DNA of 64,000 nucleotides from an uncultured Gemmatimonadaceae bacterium (GTDB taxonomy: Bacteria > Gemmatimonadota > Gemmatimonadetes > Gemmatimonadales > Gemmatimonadaceae): NCBI GenBank assembly GCA_963817955.1, contig CAWFQK010000002.1:1056001-1120000 (forward strand), given 5' to 3'. The position numbers and the translations under genes are program-made. Shown here one piece after another: positions 10,105 to 19,722 of this stretch. Under the pieces are notes generated by a model that was not told where the DNA came from, ran no database searches, and was given only the letters and a program-made list of their open reading frames with translations. Positions within the stretch are counted from its first letter, which is position 1; the number at the start of each line of letters is the position of its first letter.

Positions 10105-11175
10105 ATGCTGAGTCCGTCCTCGCTCGCATTCCTCAAGCGGTTGCTTGACACCCCTGCTCCCTCCGGGTTCGAGGGGCCTGCGGCTCGCGTCTGGCGAGAG
10201 GAAGCAGCGACGTTTGCCGACCGTGTCACAACCGATGTCGCAGGGAACAGCATGGCCGAGGTCAACCCGAACGGCTCGCCGACGATCATGCTCGATGGCC
10301 ACATCGACGAGATCGGGTTGATCGTGCAGTACATCGACGACGACGGGTATGTCTATCCGTCGCCGATTGGCGGGTGGGACACGCAGGTGCTCATCGGCCA
10401 GCGCATTCGGTTTCTCGGGCGGGGCGGTGACGTACTTGGCGTGATCGGCAAGAAGCCGATCCACCTGATGAAGGTGTCCGATCGCGACAACGCGACGAAG
10501 ATGACCGATATCTGGGTGGATATCGGCGCATCGAGCCGCGCCGAAGCGGAAGGTCGCCTGACCGTTGGCGACCCGGGCGTCATCGATTCCAAGACGATCG
10601 ACTTTCCGAACAACCGCATCGTCTCGCGCTCGATCGACGATCGCATCGGTGCGTTCGTCGTGCTCGAGGCACTGCGCCGCTACGCGCAGAACCCTGGCTC
10701 GGCACGCGTCGTGGCCGCCGCAACGACGCAGGAAGAAATTGCCTGGCGCGGCGGCGGCGCGCTCGTCTGCACGAATTGCATCAATCCGCAAATGGCCATC
10801 GTCGTCGACGTGACGTTTGCGACCGATCATCCGAATATCGAAAAGAAGGAGATCGGCGATCATCGGATAGGCGGTGGTCCGGTCATCAGTCGCGGCGCCA
10901 ACATTTCGCCGGTCGTCTTCGATGCGTTGCGCGCCACGGCCGAACGCCAGGGCATCAAGTATTCGCTGCACGCCGTTGGACGTGACACCGCTACCAACGC
11001 CGATGCGATTCACCTCGCGCGCGAAGGTGTGGCGACTGGTCTCGTCTCTGTTCCCAACCGTTACATGCATTCACCGAATGAGATGGTGAGCCTGGACGAT
11101 GTTGACAAGACGTCGACTCTGCTCGCCGAAGTGTGTCGTGAGGTGAGCGTGAACACGGACTTCACCGCGCGCTGA
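10105..11175 (+). CDS. M42 family (TET-like) aminopeptidase
   Basis: PAPSGFE, GHIDEIG, DDRIG, QEE, DVT and RYMHSPNE motifs. Confidence 0.92.
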   Translation: MLSPSSLAFLKRLLDTPAPSGFEGPAARVWREEAATFADRVTTDVAGNSMAEVNPNGSPTIMLDGHIDEIGLIVQYIDDDGYVYPSPIGGWDTQVLIGQRIRFLGRGGDVLGVIGKKPIHLMKVSDRDNATKMTDIWVDIGASSRAEAEGRLTVGDPGVIDSKTIDFPNNRIVSRSIDDRIGAFVVLEALRRYAQNPGSARVVAAATTQEEIAWRGGGALVCTNCINPQMAIVVDVTFATDHPNIEKKEIGDHRIGGGPVISRGANISPVVFDALRATAERQGIKYSLHAVGRDTATNADAIHLAREGVATGLVSVPNRYMHSPNEMVSLDDVDKTSTLLAEVCREVSVNTDFTAR

Positions 11176-11209
11176 CGCGCACCATCGACTCACTCGGGGA
11201 AACCATCCC

Positions 11210-12484
11210 ATGTTCGCACTACGTTTCCGCCGGACGCAATGGATCGCGACGGCGGTCGCCGTGTCCGCCTGTGCACCGGCGCGCACCACACCGGTGCCGT
11301 TTGCCATTCCCGACTCCGCCGCGATTCGCCGCGATGTGAACTATCTCGCGAGCCCAGCGCTCGCCGGCCGGCTTACCGGTACCCCGGGCAACGACTCTGC
11401 TGCAGCGTGGATTGCGCGGCGCTATGCCGCACTCGGCTTGCGCTCGCTCTCGCCGTCATACTTGCAGCACTTTGTCGCTCGCCCGGCAGCACGGGGCCCG
11501 AGCCCTTCCCTGCCGACGCAGAACGTGTTCGCGGTGCTACCGGGGACGGACGCGTCGCTGCGCGGCCAATACGTCGTTCTCGGCGCTCACTTCGACCACC
11601 TTGGCACTTCCACTGAAGGTGCGCTCGACCCGGACGCCGTTGGCGCCGTGCGGCTCGGCGCAGACGATAATGCGTCCGGCACGGCCGCGGTGCTCGAGTT
11701 GGCGCGCCTGCTGGCACAGCATCCGACGCGGCGGTCGATCATTTTCGCGAACTTCTCTGGTGAGGAGGAGGGGCTGCTCGGATCGTCGTATTTCGTCGAG
11801 CACATGCCCGTCCCGGTGGACAGTGTGGACGCCATGCTCAATTTCGACATGGTGGGCCGCCTGAAGAACGATCGGCTGATCGTGTACGGTGTGGCAACGG
11901 CGACCGAGTTGTCGGCATTGGTCGACAGCGCCAACGTCGCTCCGCGCTTGTCGGTGGCTGCGCAGGGTGACGGCTCTGGACCGTCGGACCACGCCTCGTT
12001 CAATGCGAAAAACATCCCGGTGCTGCACTTCTTCACCGATCTGCATGAGGACTACCACCGCGCCTCGGACACGCCGGACAAGATCAACGCCGGTGGTGAG
12101 GCACGTGTCGTTGCAATGGCCGAGCGTGTCACGCGTGAAATCGCCGATCGCCCGCAGCGGCTGACGTGGGTGCGCGTCGCGGCGCCCGTCCAGGCCACCT
12201 CGCGCGAAGGGAACGACGTTTACCTCGGCTCCATTCCTGATATGGCCGGCGGCGACACGCCGGGGTTGCGAATCACGGGCGTTCGACCGGGTAGTCCCGC
12301 GGATGCCGGCGGGCTCAAGCCGGATGACATCATCGTGGAATTCGACGGAACGATCGTGAAGGATCTTTACTCGTATTCCGACGCGCTGTACGCCCACAAG
12401 CCGGGAGACGAGGTCACGGTCGTGGTGCTGCGCGGCGGACAGCGAGTTTCGCTGCGAGTGAAGCTCGGAAAGCGCGGTGCGTGA
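11210..12484 (+). CDS. M28 family peptidase with PDZ domain, putative lipoprotein
   Basis: Lipobox VSA-C; GAHFDHLG, GADDNASG, GEEEGLLGS, SDHASF, DYH; C-terminal PDZ (YLGSIPD...SPADAGGL). Confidence 0.9.
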   Translation: MFALRFRRTQWIATAVAVSACAPARTTPVPFAIPDSAAIRRDVNYLASPALAGRLTGTPGNDSAAAWIARRYAALGLRSLSPSYLQHFVARPAARGPSPSLPTQNVFAVLPGTDASLRGQYVVLGAHFDHLGTSTEGALDPDAVGAVRLGADDNASGTAAVLELARLLAQHPTRRSIIFANFSGEEEGLLGSSYFVEHMPVPVDSVDAMLNFDMVGRLKNDRLIVYGVATATELSALVDSANVAPRLSVAAQGDGSGPSDHASFNAKNIPVLHFFTDLHEDYHRASDTPDKINAGGEARVVAMAERVTREIADRPQRLTWVRVAAPVQATSREGNDVYLGSIPDMAGGDTPGLRITGVRPGSPADAGGLKPDDIIVEFDGTIVKDLYSYSDALYAHKPGDEVTVVVLRGGQRVSLRVKLGKRGA

Positions 12485-13383
12485 GTCTTCACGCCTGGTC
12501 CAGCGCCGGCTGCGGCTTTCCCCTTCCTGAAGGGCATCGGTTCCCGATCGCCAAGTATGCGTTGCTGCGGGACACGGTGCTGGCCGAAGGCATCGTCGCG
12601 CCCGAAGACCTGCACGTACCAGCACCGGTCCCGCGCGACGACCTGTTGCTCGTACACACGGCCGACTACGTCGATCGGTTCACGAACGGGGAATTGACCG
12701 CAGCCGACGTGCGACGCATCGGGTTTCCCTGGTCGCCCGCGCTCGTCGAGCGCTCATGGCGCGCGGCGGGCGGCACCTGGGAAGCCACCCGGCACGCGCT
12801 CAGCCACGGCGTGGCCATGAATCTCGCCGGCGGAACCCATCATGCTTTTTCGTCACACGGTGAGGGGTTCTGCGTCTTCAACGACGTCGCCGTTTCCATC
12901 GCGTCTTTGCTGCGCGAGGGACGGATCGATCGTGCCGCAATCATCGACCTCGACGTGCATCAGGGCAACGGCACGCACGCGATCTTCGCCGGAGACGAAC
13001 GCGTTTACACATTCAGCATGCACGGCGCCCGGAATTTTCCGTTTCACAAGGTACCGGGCCGCCTGGATATCGAGCTCGGGGATCGCACCGGAGACGAGGA
13101 GTACCTGGCGCACCTCGCACAGGCGTTGCCTCGGGTGCTCGCCGAATCGCGGCCGGATCTCGTCGTGTATCTCGCCGGCGCGGATCCCCACGAACGCGAT
13201 CGGCTTGGGCATCTTGCCTTGACCTTTGACGGGCTCGCGCGGCGCGACTCGATGGTGCTCGACGCTTGCCGTGAAGTGGGATTGCCGGTGGCGGTGACAA
13301 TCGCCGGCGGGTACGGCGAGCCCATCGAGCATACCGTCCGCGTGCATACGACCACGGCGCGTATTGCCGCGCGCCATGCATGA
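12481..13383 (+). CDS. Histone deacetylase family amidohydrolase
   Basis: HRFPIAKY, GGTHHA, GFCVFND, DLDVHQGNGT, GADP and AGGY motifs. GTGA overlap with the upstream gene. Confidence 0.93.
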   Translation: MSLHAWSSAGCGFPLPEGHRFPIAKYALLRDTVLAEGIVAPEDLHVPAPVPRDDLLLVHTADYVDRFTNGELTAADVRRIGFPWSPALVERSWRAAGGTWEATRHALSHGVAMNLAGGTHHAFSSHGEGFCVFNDVAVSIASLLREGRIDRAAIIDLDVHQGNGTHAIFAGDERVYTFSMHGARNFPFHKVPGRLDIELGDRTGDEEYLAHLAQALPRVLAESRPDLVVYLAGADPHERDRLGHLALTFDGLARRDSMVLDACREVGLPVAVTIAGGYGEPIEHTVRVHTTTARIAARHA

Positions 13384-13497
13384 CCGGGGCGGTCGCCGTC
13401 AGCCCGTTAGCAGACTGTTGAAAGAGTGCTGGACAGGAGTCAGAAGCTCGAGGGCATGCGCATCACTTCGAGGGGCCGAACGGCGTTCTTGACGCAG

Positions 13498-13820
13498 ACG
13501 GCGCAACAGCTTTTGAACGCAGAGGACACAGAGAACTGCAAGAGGTCGCAGAGAACTGCAGGAGAACTGCTGAGAACTGCAAAAGAAAACTGCAAGCGTA
13601 CGGAAGAGGGAGGCGCGTATTGGTGGAATGAACCGTGATTGCCGAGTCCACAATCATTCCGCCTATGTCGTTAATGACCACGACCTGGCGATACCCTCGG
13701 AGCGTCACGACGGCATCAAACAAGACATCCAGGCGAGACCATCCTTCACGGTCCTCCGCAGTTCTCCTGCAGTTCTCCTGCAGTTCTCTGCGACCTCTGC
13801 GTTAAATGCTGTTGCGCCGT
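13498..13820. repeat. Large inverted-repeat (MITE/REP-like) element built from AGAGAACTGC-type units
   Basis: 13498-13510 acggcgcaacagc is the reverse complement of 13808-13820. 13541-13570 is the exact 30-bp reverse complement of 13769-13798. The arms contain 10-11 bp gagaactgc subrepeats. Confidence 0.9.
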
Positions 13821-13825
13821 TCACA

Positions 13826-13852
13826 GGGATCCTTCGCTTCGCTCAGGATGAC
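13826..13852. repeat. One arm of a widespread palindromic repeat (GATCCTTCGCTTCGCTCAGGATGAC type)
   Basis: gggatccttcgcttcgctcaggatgac, recognised from memory as one arm of a common bacterial REP-like repeat. The partner arm is absent here. Confidence 0.6.
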
Positions 13853-13871
13853 AGCCCGTTAGCTTTCTCGC

Positions 13872-14762
13872 ATGCTCCCCATACCGCCACCACGCGAATC
13901 CGGCTTCACGACCAGCACACCCGTGCCGCTATTCTGGGCGGCATATGGGGCGAGCGACGCACCCCCATTGCTCGTGCTCCACGGTGGTCCCGGCGCGCAT
14001 CATGACTACCTGTTGCCGCAGATGCTGCGACTGGCAGACGGGTATCGCCTGGTATTCTACGATCAGCGCGGCGGGGGCCGGTCAAAGACCGACGATCGCA
14101 CCCCGATCACCTGGCAGACGCACGTTTCGGATCTCGATCGCGTAGTGGATGAGCTGTCGATCGAGCCCCTCTCGATCGTCGGGTATTCGTGGGGCGGCCT
14201 TCTCGCCATGCTATACGCAGTCGAGGCTGCGCACGGCCGCACACGGCACGTACCCAAGCGCCTCGTGTTGATCGATCCTGCACCACCGAACCGGCACTTC
14301 CGGCAAATATTTGAAGCCGAATTCGCACGACGACAGAGCGACACCGCGGTCGTGCACCTTCGCGCGGAACTCGCCGGTTCCGGCCTTCGCGAGCGCGATC
14401 CCGAAGCGTATCGGCAGCGCGCGTTCGAGCTCAGCGTCGCCGGGTACTTCGCCGACCCCTCCGCGTCACATGACCTCACGCCCTTTCGCGTCACGGGACG
14501 CGTGCAGCAGTCTGTCTGGGAAAGTCTCGGCGACGTCGACCTCCTGGCGCCGGGCCAGTTGGACTCGGTGAGCGTGCCGACGCTGATCGTTCACGGCAGG
14601 CAAGACCCAATTCCGATCGCCTCGTCGGAATCCGTTGCCGCCACCTTGTCCGCGGCAACGCTTGTGCCCATCGATGGCTCGGGTCACGTACCGTATGTCG
14701 AGCAGCCGGAGCCACTGTTTGAAGCAATCGACCGCTTTCTCCACCGAACCGAACATTTGTAA
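13872..14762 (+). CDS. Alpha/beta hydrolase, proline iminopeptidase-like
   Basis: HGGPG, YDQRGGGRS, GYSWGG nucleophile elbow, GRQD, SGHVPYVE. Confidence 0.88.
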   Translation: MLPIPPPRESGFTTSTPVPLFWAAYGASDAPPLLVLHGGPGAHHDYLLPQMLRLADGYRLVFYDQRGGGRSKTDDRTPITWQTHVSDLDRVVDELSIEPLSIVGYSWGGLLAMLYAVEAAHGRTRHVPKRLVLIDPAPPNRHFRQIFEAEFARRQSDTAVVHLRAELAGSGLRERDPEAYRQRAFELSVAGYFADPSASHDLTPFRVTGRVQQSVWESLGDVDLLAPGQLDSVSVPTLIVHGRQDPIPIASSESVAATLSAATLVPIDGSGHVPYVEQPEPLFEAIDRFLHRTEHL

Positions 14763-14815
14763 GTCCAGCCGGCTCGCGCCTTGCCAGCAACCACCCCGAA
14801 CCGTTAGCAGTTGCC

Positions 14816-15271
14816 ATGCCTTCTCCAGACGCCGCCGAGCATCCGCACATAGCGACCATCGAGCATCTGGGACGCCAGTACACCGTCTCGTGCCGCGTCG
14901 CATTCGACGGGCTCGAGTTCGTCGGCCGGTTGTGGTTCATCGAAACGGGTGCGAGTAACGGCGGCTTGCCCGATCGCGCCGCCATTCCTGGCCGAACCCG
15001 TGACGAGGTATTGCGGTTGGCGCGGCGTCTATCGATCTACGATCTCGGGCTCCGACACCGCCGTGCGCTCGCCGAAAAGCGACGCTTCCTTGCCCTGCGC
15101 CGCGTGACCGATGACGTCCTGACGAAGATCCGCTACCTCAACCAGCTCGCGATTTCCGTGCGCGATGGACTGCTCGACGAAGAGGGCGCGGCCCAGGAGA
15201 TGGAACTCATCGAGCGGCAACTGCACGAGTGCATCGACCATCTGCGGCAGAACGCCGGCGTCGAGGAGTAG
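14816..15271 (+). CDS. Hypothetical protein
   Basis: 151-aa ORF with host-like codon usage that fills the gap between two + strand genes. No recognised motif. Confidence 0.7.
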   Translation: MPSPDAAEHPHIATIEHLGRQYTVSCRVAFDGLEFVGRLWFIETGASNGGLPDRAAIPGRTRDEVLRLARRLSIYDLGLRHRRALAEKRRFLALRRVTDDVLTKIRYLNQLAISVRDGLLDEEGAAQEMELIERQLHECIDHLRQNAGVEE

Positions 15272-15301
15272 CCGCCGTCACGCATGTAATTAGAGATTGC
15301 T

Positions 15302-15964
15302 ATGCCGCGAAAACACGCCGTGCGCCGCACCAAGCCAACCCCGCAGCGAGCCGCCGAGATCTACGACCGGCTACAGACACACTATCCGGATGCGCACACT
15401 GCCCTCCACTTCAAGAACGCTTTTCAACTCCTCATCGCGACGATCCTCAGCGCACAATGCACGGACAAGCGTGTCAACATGGTCACGCCCGCACTCTTCA
15501 AGCGCTACCCGACACCAGCGGCACTTGCCGCCGCCAGACCGGAGGACGTTGAAGAGATCATCAAGACCATCGGCTTCTTCCGAGGGAAGACGAAAAGCCT
15601 GATCGGAATGGCGACGGCGGTGGCCAGCCAATATCACGGTAAGGTGCCAAACGAGATGGACGCGCTGGTCGAGCTGCCCGGCGTCGGCCGGAAGACAGCG
15701 AACGTCGTCCTCGGTAACGCCTACGGCAAGAACGAAGGCATCGCAGTGGACACGCACGTCGGGCGTGTGAGTCAACGCCTGGGGCTGACGGCACAGACTG
15801 ACCCGGTGAAGATCGAGCAGGACCTCATGAAGATCTTCCCGCGCGACAAATGGACCTTGCTTTCACATCTCCTGATCGAGCACGGGCGCACGATCTGCGA
15901 AGCCCGGCGTCCGAAGTGCGAAATTTGTTTCCTGAACGATATTTGCCCGTCTTCGCAGGTATAG
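15302..15964 (+). CDS. nth: Endonuclease III
   Basis: LIATILSAQCTDKRVN; HhH LPGVGRKTANVVLG; VDTHV; C-x6-C-x2-C-x5-C Fe-S motif. Confidence 0.97.
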   Translation: MPRKHAVRRTKPTPQRAAEIYDRLQTHYPDAHTALHFKNAFQLLIATILSAQCTDKRVNMVTPALFKRYPTPAALAAARPEDVEEIIKTIGFFRGKTKSLIGMATAVASQYHGKVPNEMDALVELPGVGRKTANVVLGNAYGKNEGIAVDTHVGRVSQRLGLTAQTDPVKIEQDLMKIFPRDKWTLLSHLLIEHGRTICEARRPKCEICFLNDICPSSQV

Positions 15965-15987
15965 TCATCGTCACCTACCGGTCCGCT

Positions 15988-16479
15988 ATGCGCCGTCCCG
16001 CCCTACCCCTCATCATTATTCTCGCCGCGGCCTGCTCGCGCGTCCCATCGCCCGATGCCGCGCCGGCGATCACACCCGAATCTGTGACGGGCGTGCGCAT
16101 CGCACCAACTGAGCAGCCGGTGGCGCTCGGAGATTGTGCCGAAGCACTCCGACGCGCGGCGGCAAAGCCCGATCTCGCTGTCGATCGCATCCCGTCGCCA
16201 ATCGCCACCAAGCCGGCGCCATTACGGAACGTGCCGAAGTCGGCACTGCGCAAGGACGGCAGCTCCGAAGTGAAGATCGACGTCCTCATCGACACACTGG
16301 GCAAACCCGACATGAAGACCTTCACCGTCGTCGTTTCGTCGCATCCATGGCTGGCGAACAATGTGAAGACGGTCCTGGCGAAATGGACGTTTTCGCCCGC
16401 CGAGCTCGCGGGGTGCAAAGTGCCCCGTGTCTTCCACTTCATGGCATCGTCACCCGCGCGAGGCCGGCCGGGCCGCTAG
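15988..16479 (+). CDS. Lipoprotein with TonB C-terminal-like domain
   Basis: Lipobox LAAA-C. '[14 protein letters not shown]...[13 protein letters not shown]' resembles TonB_C. Confidence 0.6.
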   Translation: MRRPALPLIIILAAACSRVPSPDAAPAITPESVTGVRIAPTEQPVALGDCAEALRRAAAKPDLAVDRIPSPIATKPAPLRNVPKSALRKDGSSEVKIDVLIDTLGKPDMKTFTVVVSSHPWLANNVKTVLAKWTFSPAELAGCKVPRVFHFMASSPARGRPGR

Positions 16480-16540
16480 ATCGTTTTGGTTATTGGGGCC
16501 GTTACTACCGTCGCGGCGAAGGCCGCCCTACCTTTGGAGT

Positions 16541-17002
16541 ATGTCAAAGACCGCTACGTTCGATACGAACAAGGGTACCATCGTCGCCGAGTTGTTCGAT
16601 AAAGAGGCACCGGGTGCCGTCGGAAATTTCGAGAAGCTCGCCAATAGCGGCTTCTATGATGGCGTGAAGTTTCACCGCGTCATCGATGACTTCGTGGTAC
16701 AGGGCGGTGATCCGCTCTCGCGCGAACTTGCCGCGGGCGATCCGCGCATCGGTACCGGTGGTCCAGGCTGGACGATCAAGTGCGAGACAGCAGGAAACCC
16801 GCACAAGCACGAAGTCGGCTCCCTGTCGATGGCACATGCCGGCAAGGACACCGGTGGCAGCCAATTCTTCATGGTGCTGAGTGAGAACAACACGCGCCAC
16901 CTCAATGGCGTGCATACCGTCTTCGGTAAGATCACGACGGGTATCGACGTGATGAAGAAAATTCAGCGCAACGACGTCATGAACTCGGTCCGCGTCGCCT
17001 GA
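16541..17002 (+). CDS. Cyclophilin-type peptidyl-prolyl cis-trans isomerase
   Basis: [48 protein letters not shown]. Confidence 0.96.
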   Translation: MSKTATFDTNKGTIVAELFDKEAPGAVGNFEKLANSGFYDGVKFHRVIDDFVVQGGDPLSRELAAGDPRIGTGGPGWTIKCETAGNPHKHEVGSLSMAHAGKDTGGSQFFMVLSENNTRHLNGVHTVFGKITTGIDVMKKIQRNDVMNSVRVA

Positions 17003-17028
17003 CGGCCGCGCTGCACCATTCCGCTCCA

Positions 17029-17199
17029 ATGACACTCGATCGTCAGCCCAATTCGCATAGGTTCGGCACCGATACCAAGGCTGCATTCCTCGGCTTGGCC
17101 ATTGGCGTCATCGTGCTGTTCGGCATCATCCGCACAATTGTCTCGCTGACGAACGCGAAGTACGCAAACGAAAAACCAGCGGCTACGGCGACGAAGTAA
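17029..17199 (+). CDS. Small single-pass membrane protein (56 aa), absent from the ORF track
   Basis: Manual translation: MTLDRQPNSHRFGTDTKAAFLGLAIGVIVLFGIIRTIVSLTNAKYANEKPAATATK*. One TM helix; starts 26 bp after the cyclophilin stop. Confidence 0.7.
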   Translation: MTLDRQPNSHRFGTDTKAAFLGLAIGVIVLFGIIRTIVSLTNAKYANEKPAATATK

Positions 17200-17435
17200 G
17201 CAGGCGGCCGCCAGCAACGGTCAGGGTTCCTGATCAAGCAAACGCTCGATGAAGACGGGGCATCTTCGCGAGCGTTTTGCGTCCCCACCTCTGCCGACTC
17301 TCCGGTCGAAGCGAGCCCGGGTGCAACGGCATCTCCGGGCTTCATTTATCCCCGCCGTATCCAACATACGAGTCCTTCGTCATACACGGCGGGATCTCCG
17401 CCATCCCATTTCTTCGGCTCCCTTTACCAGCTTAC

Positions 17436-19019
17436 GTGAACCGCTCGATTCACGCCGCGATTCTCTCGCGCCCAAGCTCCGACGGCTCGTCCCAGAACGC
17501 GGAGCGCGAAACAGCGGAACGCTGCCACTCGATCGTGTACAACTCGCCGTACGGCATTTGCCGTGTACGGCTTGGCGGACAGTTCGAGGCGGCGAACCCC
17601 GCGCTTTGCGAAATGACCGGCTACTCCGAGGCGGAGTTACTCGCCTCGAATCTCGACATTCTGAATCCGGAGCCGGGCCTGCGCGCCCGGCTTCTTGCCG
17701 AGTACGAATCGCGCCCGACGGGAATGCCGGTCGAGATGCCGTGGAGGCGCCGGGACGGACGGATCGTTACAGCGCGAGGCTGGGCCTACGCCGAACGTGA
17801 CGACTCTGGAGCCATCGTACACTTCGACTGCTACATCGAGGACGTCACCCCGCTGCGCGCCGCGGAGAACGCACTGCGGCAAGCCGAAAAGCTCGCCGTC
17901 CTCGGACAACTTGTCTCGAGTGTCGCGCACGAGCTGAATAACCCGCTGTCGTCCATCCTGATGTTCACAGAGGACCTCCTTGCGACCGGCCGCTCCACCG
18001 ACGACCAGGAGGCGCTTGGAATCATTGCCCAACAAGCGCGCCGATCTCGCGAGATCGTCCGCGATCTGTTGTCCTTCGTGCGAAGCCACGAGGTGAATGG
18101 CGAGGTGAGCCGCGAACCGGTCAAATCCAGGCTTTTTCTCACCCAACTCACGCGTGCGCTACAACCCCAGCTCGCGGAGTTGGGCGTCTCGCTCCGGTTG
18201 TCCACACCGGACGACGAGTCCGTCATTCAGTTCAACCTGGCGGGAATCGAGCAAGTCGTCACCAATCTGATCGTCAATGGCGCGCAGGCGGCCGGCGCAG
18301 GCGGCACGGTATGGGTGAACGTCCAACCAGATCCGCTCGACTTGGTTATCCATGTCGTCGACGATGGACCAGGGATTCCGGCTGACGTGTTGCCACGAAT
18401 CTTCGAGCCCTTCTTCACGACGAAGTCCACGGGCAATGGAACGGGCCTGGGATTGTCGGTCTCGCTTGGGCTAGTCCAACAGCATGCCGGCACCATCATA
18501 GCCGACAATCGCGACGCTCTCGAGGGTTCGGGCGCGCGTTTTACCGTGCGGATTCCGACCGCTCACGCCAGGCGGACGGACATCGAGGGCTGCGAGGTAG
18601 CGCCGGCCACCGCCGCCGAAACCGTTCGACGTGTGCTCATTGTCGATGATGAGGAGCCGATGCGCTCGGCGCTGGGCAGATTCTACGTTCGGAGAGGATG
18701 GTCGGTGAGCGAAGCCAAGGACGGATTGGCCGCCTACCGGTATCTGATCGATGCCGGGGAGACATTCGACTTGATCGTCTCCGATATGAACATGCCCGAT
18801 CTTTCGGGCATCGAATTACACGCACACTTGCGACAATCTCGGCCTGAGCTGCTCGACCGGTTGCTGTTGTGCACCGGTGAAGCGGAGTCTGCTCGCATCG
18901 CGACGTTCGTGGCCGAGACCAACTGCCGCGTGCTGCGTAAGCCATTCGAGCTACGGGTGTTGGCGACTCTGTCGGACGAGATCGCCGCAGTGGCGCCACG
19001 AGCCCGCCTGGCGAGCTGA
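17436..19019 (+). CDS. Cytoplasmic hybrid sensor kinase (PAS-HisKA-HATPase-REC)
   Basis: PAS (ANPALCEMTGYSEAEL), H-box AHELNNPL, N/G boxes (NLIVNG, DDGPGI, FEPFFTTK, GTGLGL), receiver (VLIVDDE, SDMNMP, KPF). Start uncertain. Confidence 0.9.
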   Translation: MNRSIHAAILSRPSSDGSSQNAERETAERCHSIVYNSPYGICRVRLGGQFEAANPALCEMTGYSEAELLASNLDILNPEPGLRARLLAEYESRPTGMPVEMPWRRRDGRIVTARGWAYAERDDSGAIVHFDCYIEDVTPLRAAENALRQAEKLAVLGQLVSSVAHELNNPLSSILMFTEDLLATGRSTDDQEALGIIAQQARRSREIVRDLLSFVRSHEVNGEVSREPVKSRLFLTQLTRALQPQLAELGVSLRLSTPDDESVIQFNLAGIEQVVTNLIVNGAQAAGAGGTVWVNVQPDPLDLVIHVVDDGPGIPADVLPRIFEPFFTTKSTGNGTGLGLSVSLGLVQQHAGTIIADNRDALEGSGARFTVRIPTAHARRTDIEGCEVAPATAAETVRRVLIVDDEEPMRSALGRFYVRRGWSVSEAKDGLAAYRYLIDAGETFDLIVSDMNMPDLSGIELHAHLRQSRPELLDRLLLCTGEAESARIATFVAETNCRVLRKPFELRVLATLSDEIAAVAPRARLAS

Positions 19020-19062
19020 GTATGTGTCAATCGGGCAAACGAACTGCCGGTATATTGGATTA

Positions 19063-19686
19063 ATGCCCTCCCAAGCCCTCCCGACGCGAGCCGATGCGCT
19101 CGCCTTGATGCACGAGTACACCGCCAGCGAGTCGCTGCGGAAACACATGCTTGCTGTTGAAGCGGCCATGCGTGCCTACGCCGAGCATTTCGGAGAAGAT
19201 CCCGAACGATGGGCACTCACGGGCCTGATCCACGACTTCGACTACGAGCGGTTTCCGAACCTGGCGCATTCGCCGACCGACGAACATCCGTCGGAGGGTG
19301 TACGCATTCTGCGCGAGCACGGCTGGCCCAGCGACATTCTGCAGGCGATTCTCGGCCACGCCGCGTACACAAACGCGCCACGAGAGACGCGTATGGCGCG
19401 CACCCTTTTCGCCGTCGACGAGCTCTCCGGATTGATCACGGCGACCGCACTGGTCAAGCCGACCCGAAGTGTCCATCACGTCGAAGCAAAGTCGGTTCGG
19501 AAGAAGATGAAGGACAAGGCGTTTGCCAAAGGCGTGAGCCGCGACGACGTCCTGCTCGGAGTACAGGAGATGGGTGTCGATCTCGATGAGCACATCCAGT
19601 TCGTCATTGGGGCCATGCAGCGCTCCGCGGACGCCCTGGGCCTGGCTGGCACGGCGGTGCCCGCCAGCGAGGAGCCGGCCGTCTGA
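19063..19686 (+). CDS. HD-superfamily (HDIG-like) hydrolase
   Basis: LRKHMLAVE, GLIHDFDYE, ILGHA, AVDELSG, KDKAFA. Confidence 0.88.
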   Translation: MPSQALPTRADALALMHEYTASESLRKHMLAVEAAMRAYAEHFGEDPERWALTGLIHDFDYERFPNLAHSPTDEHPSEGVRILREHGWPSDILQAILGHAAYTNAPRETRMARTLFAVDELSGLITATALVKPTRSVHHVEAKSVRKKMKDKAFAKGVSRDDVLLGVQEMGVDLDEHIQFVIGAMQRSADALGLAGTAVPASEEPAV

Positions 19687-19722
19687 GCATCAACGTTTCT
19701 CCGCTGACCAGCGTTATGGAGG

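Noticed and set aside
13520..13600. gagaactgca repeats as a CRISPR array
   Set aside because: Units are 10-11 bp and contiguous, with no unique spacers and no cas genes in the window.
13399..14005. ORF-track entries 13399-13653, 13426-13638, 13463-13723 and 13628-14005
   Set aside because: They run through the repeat element, mutually overlap and show no protein motifs.
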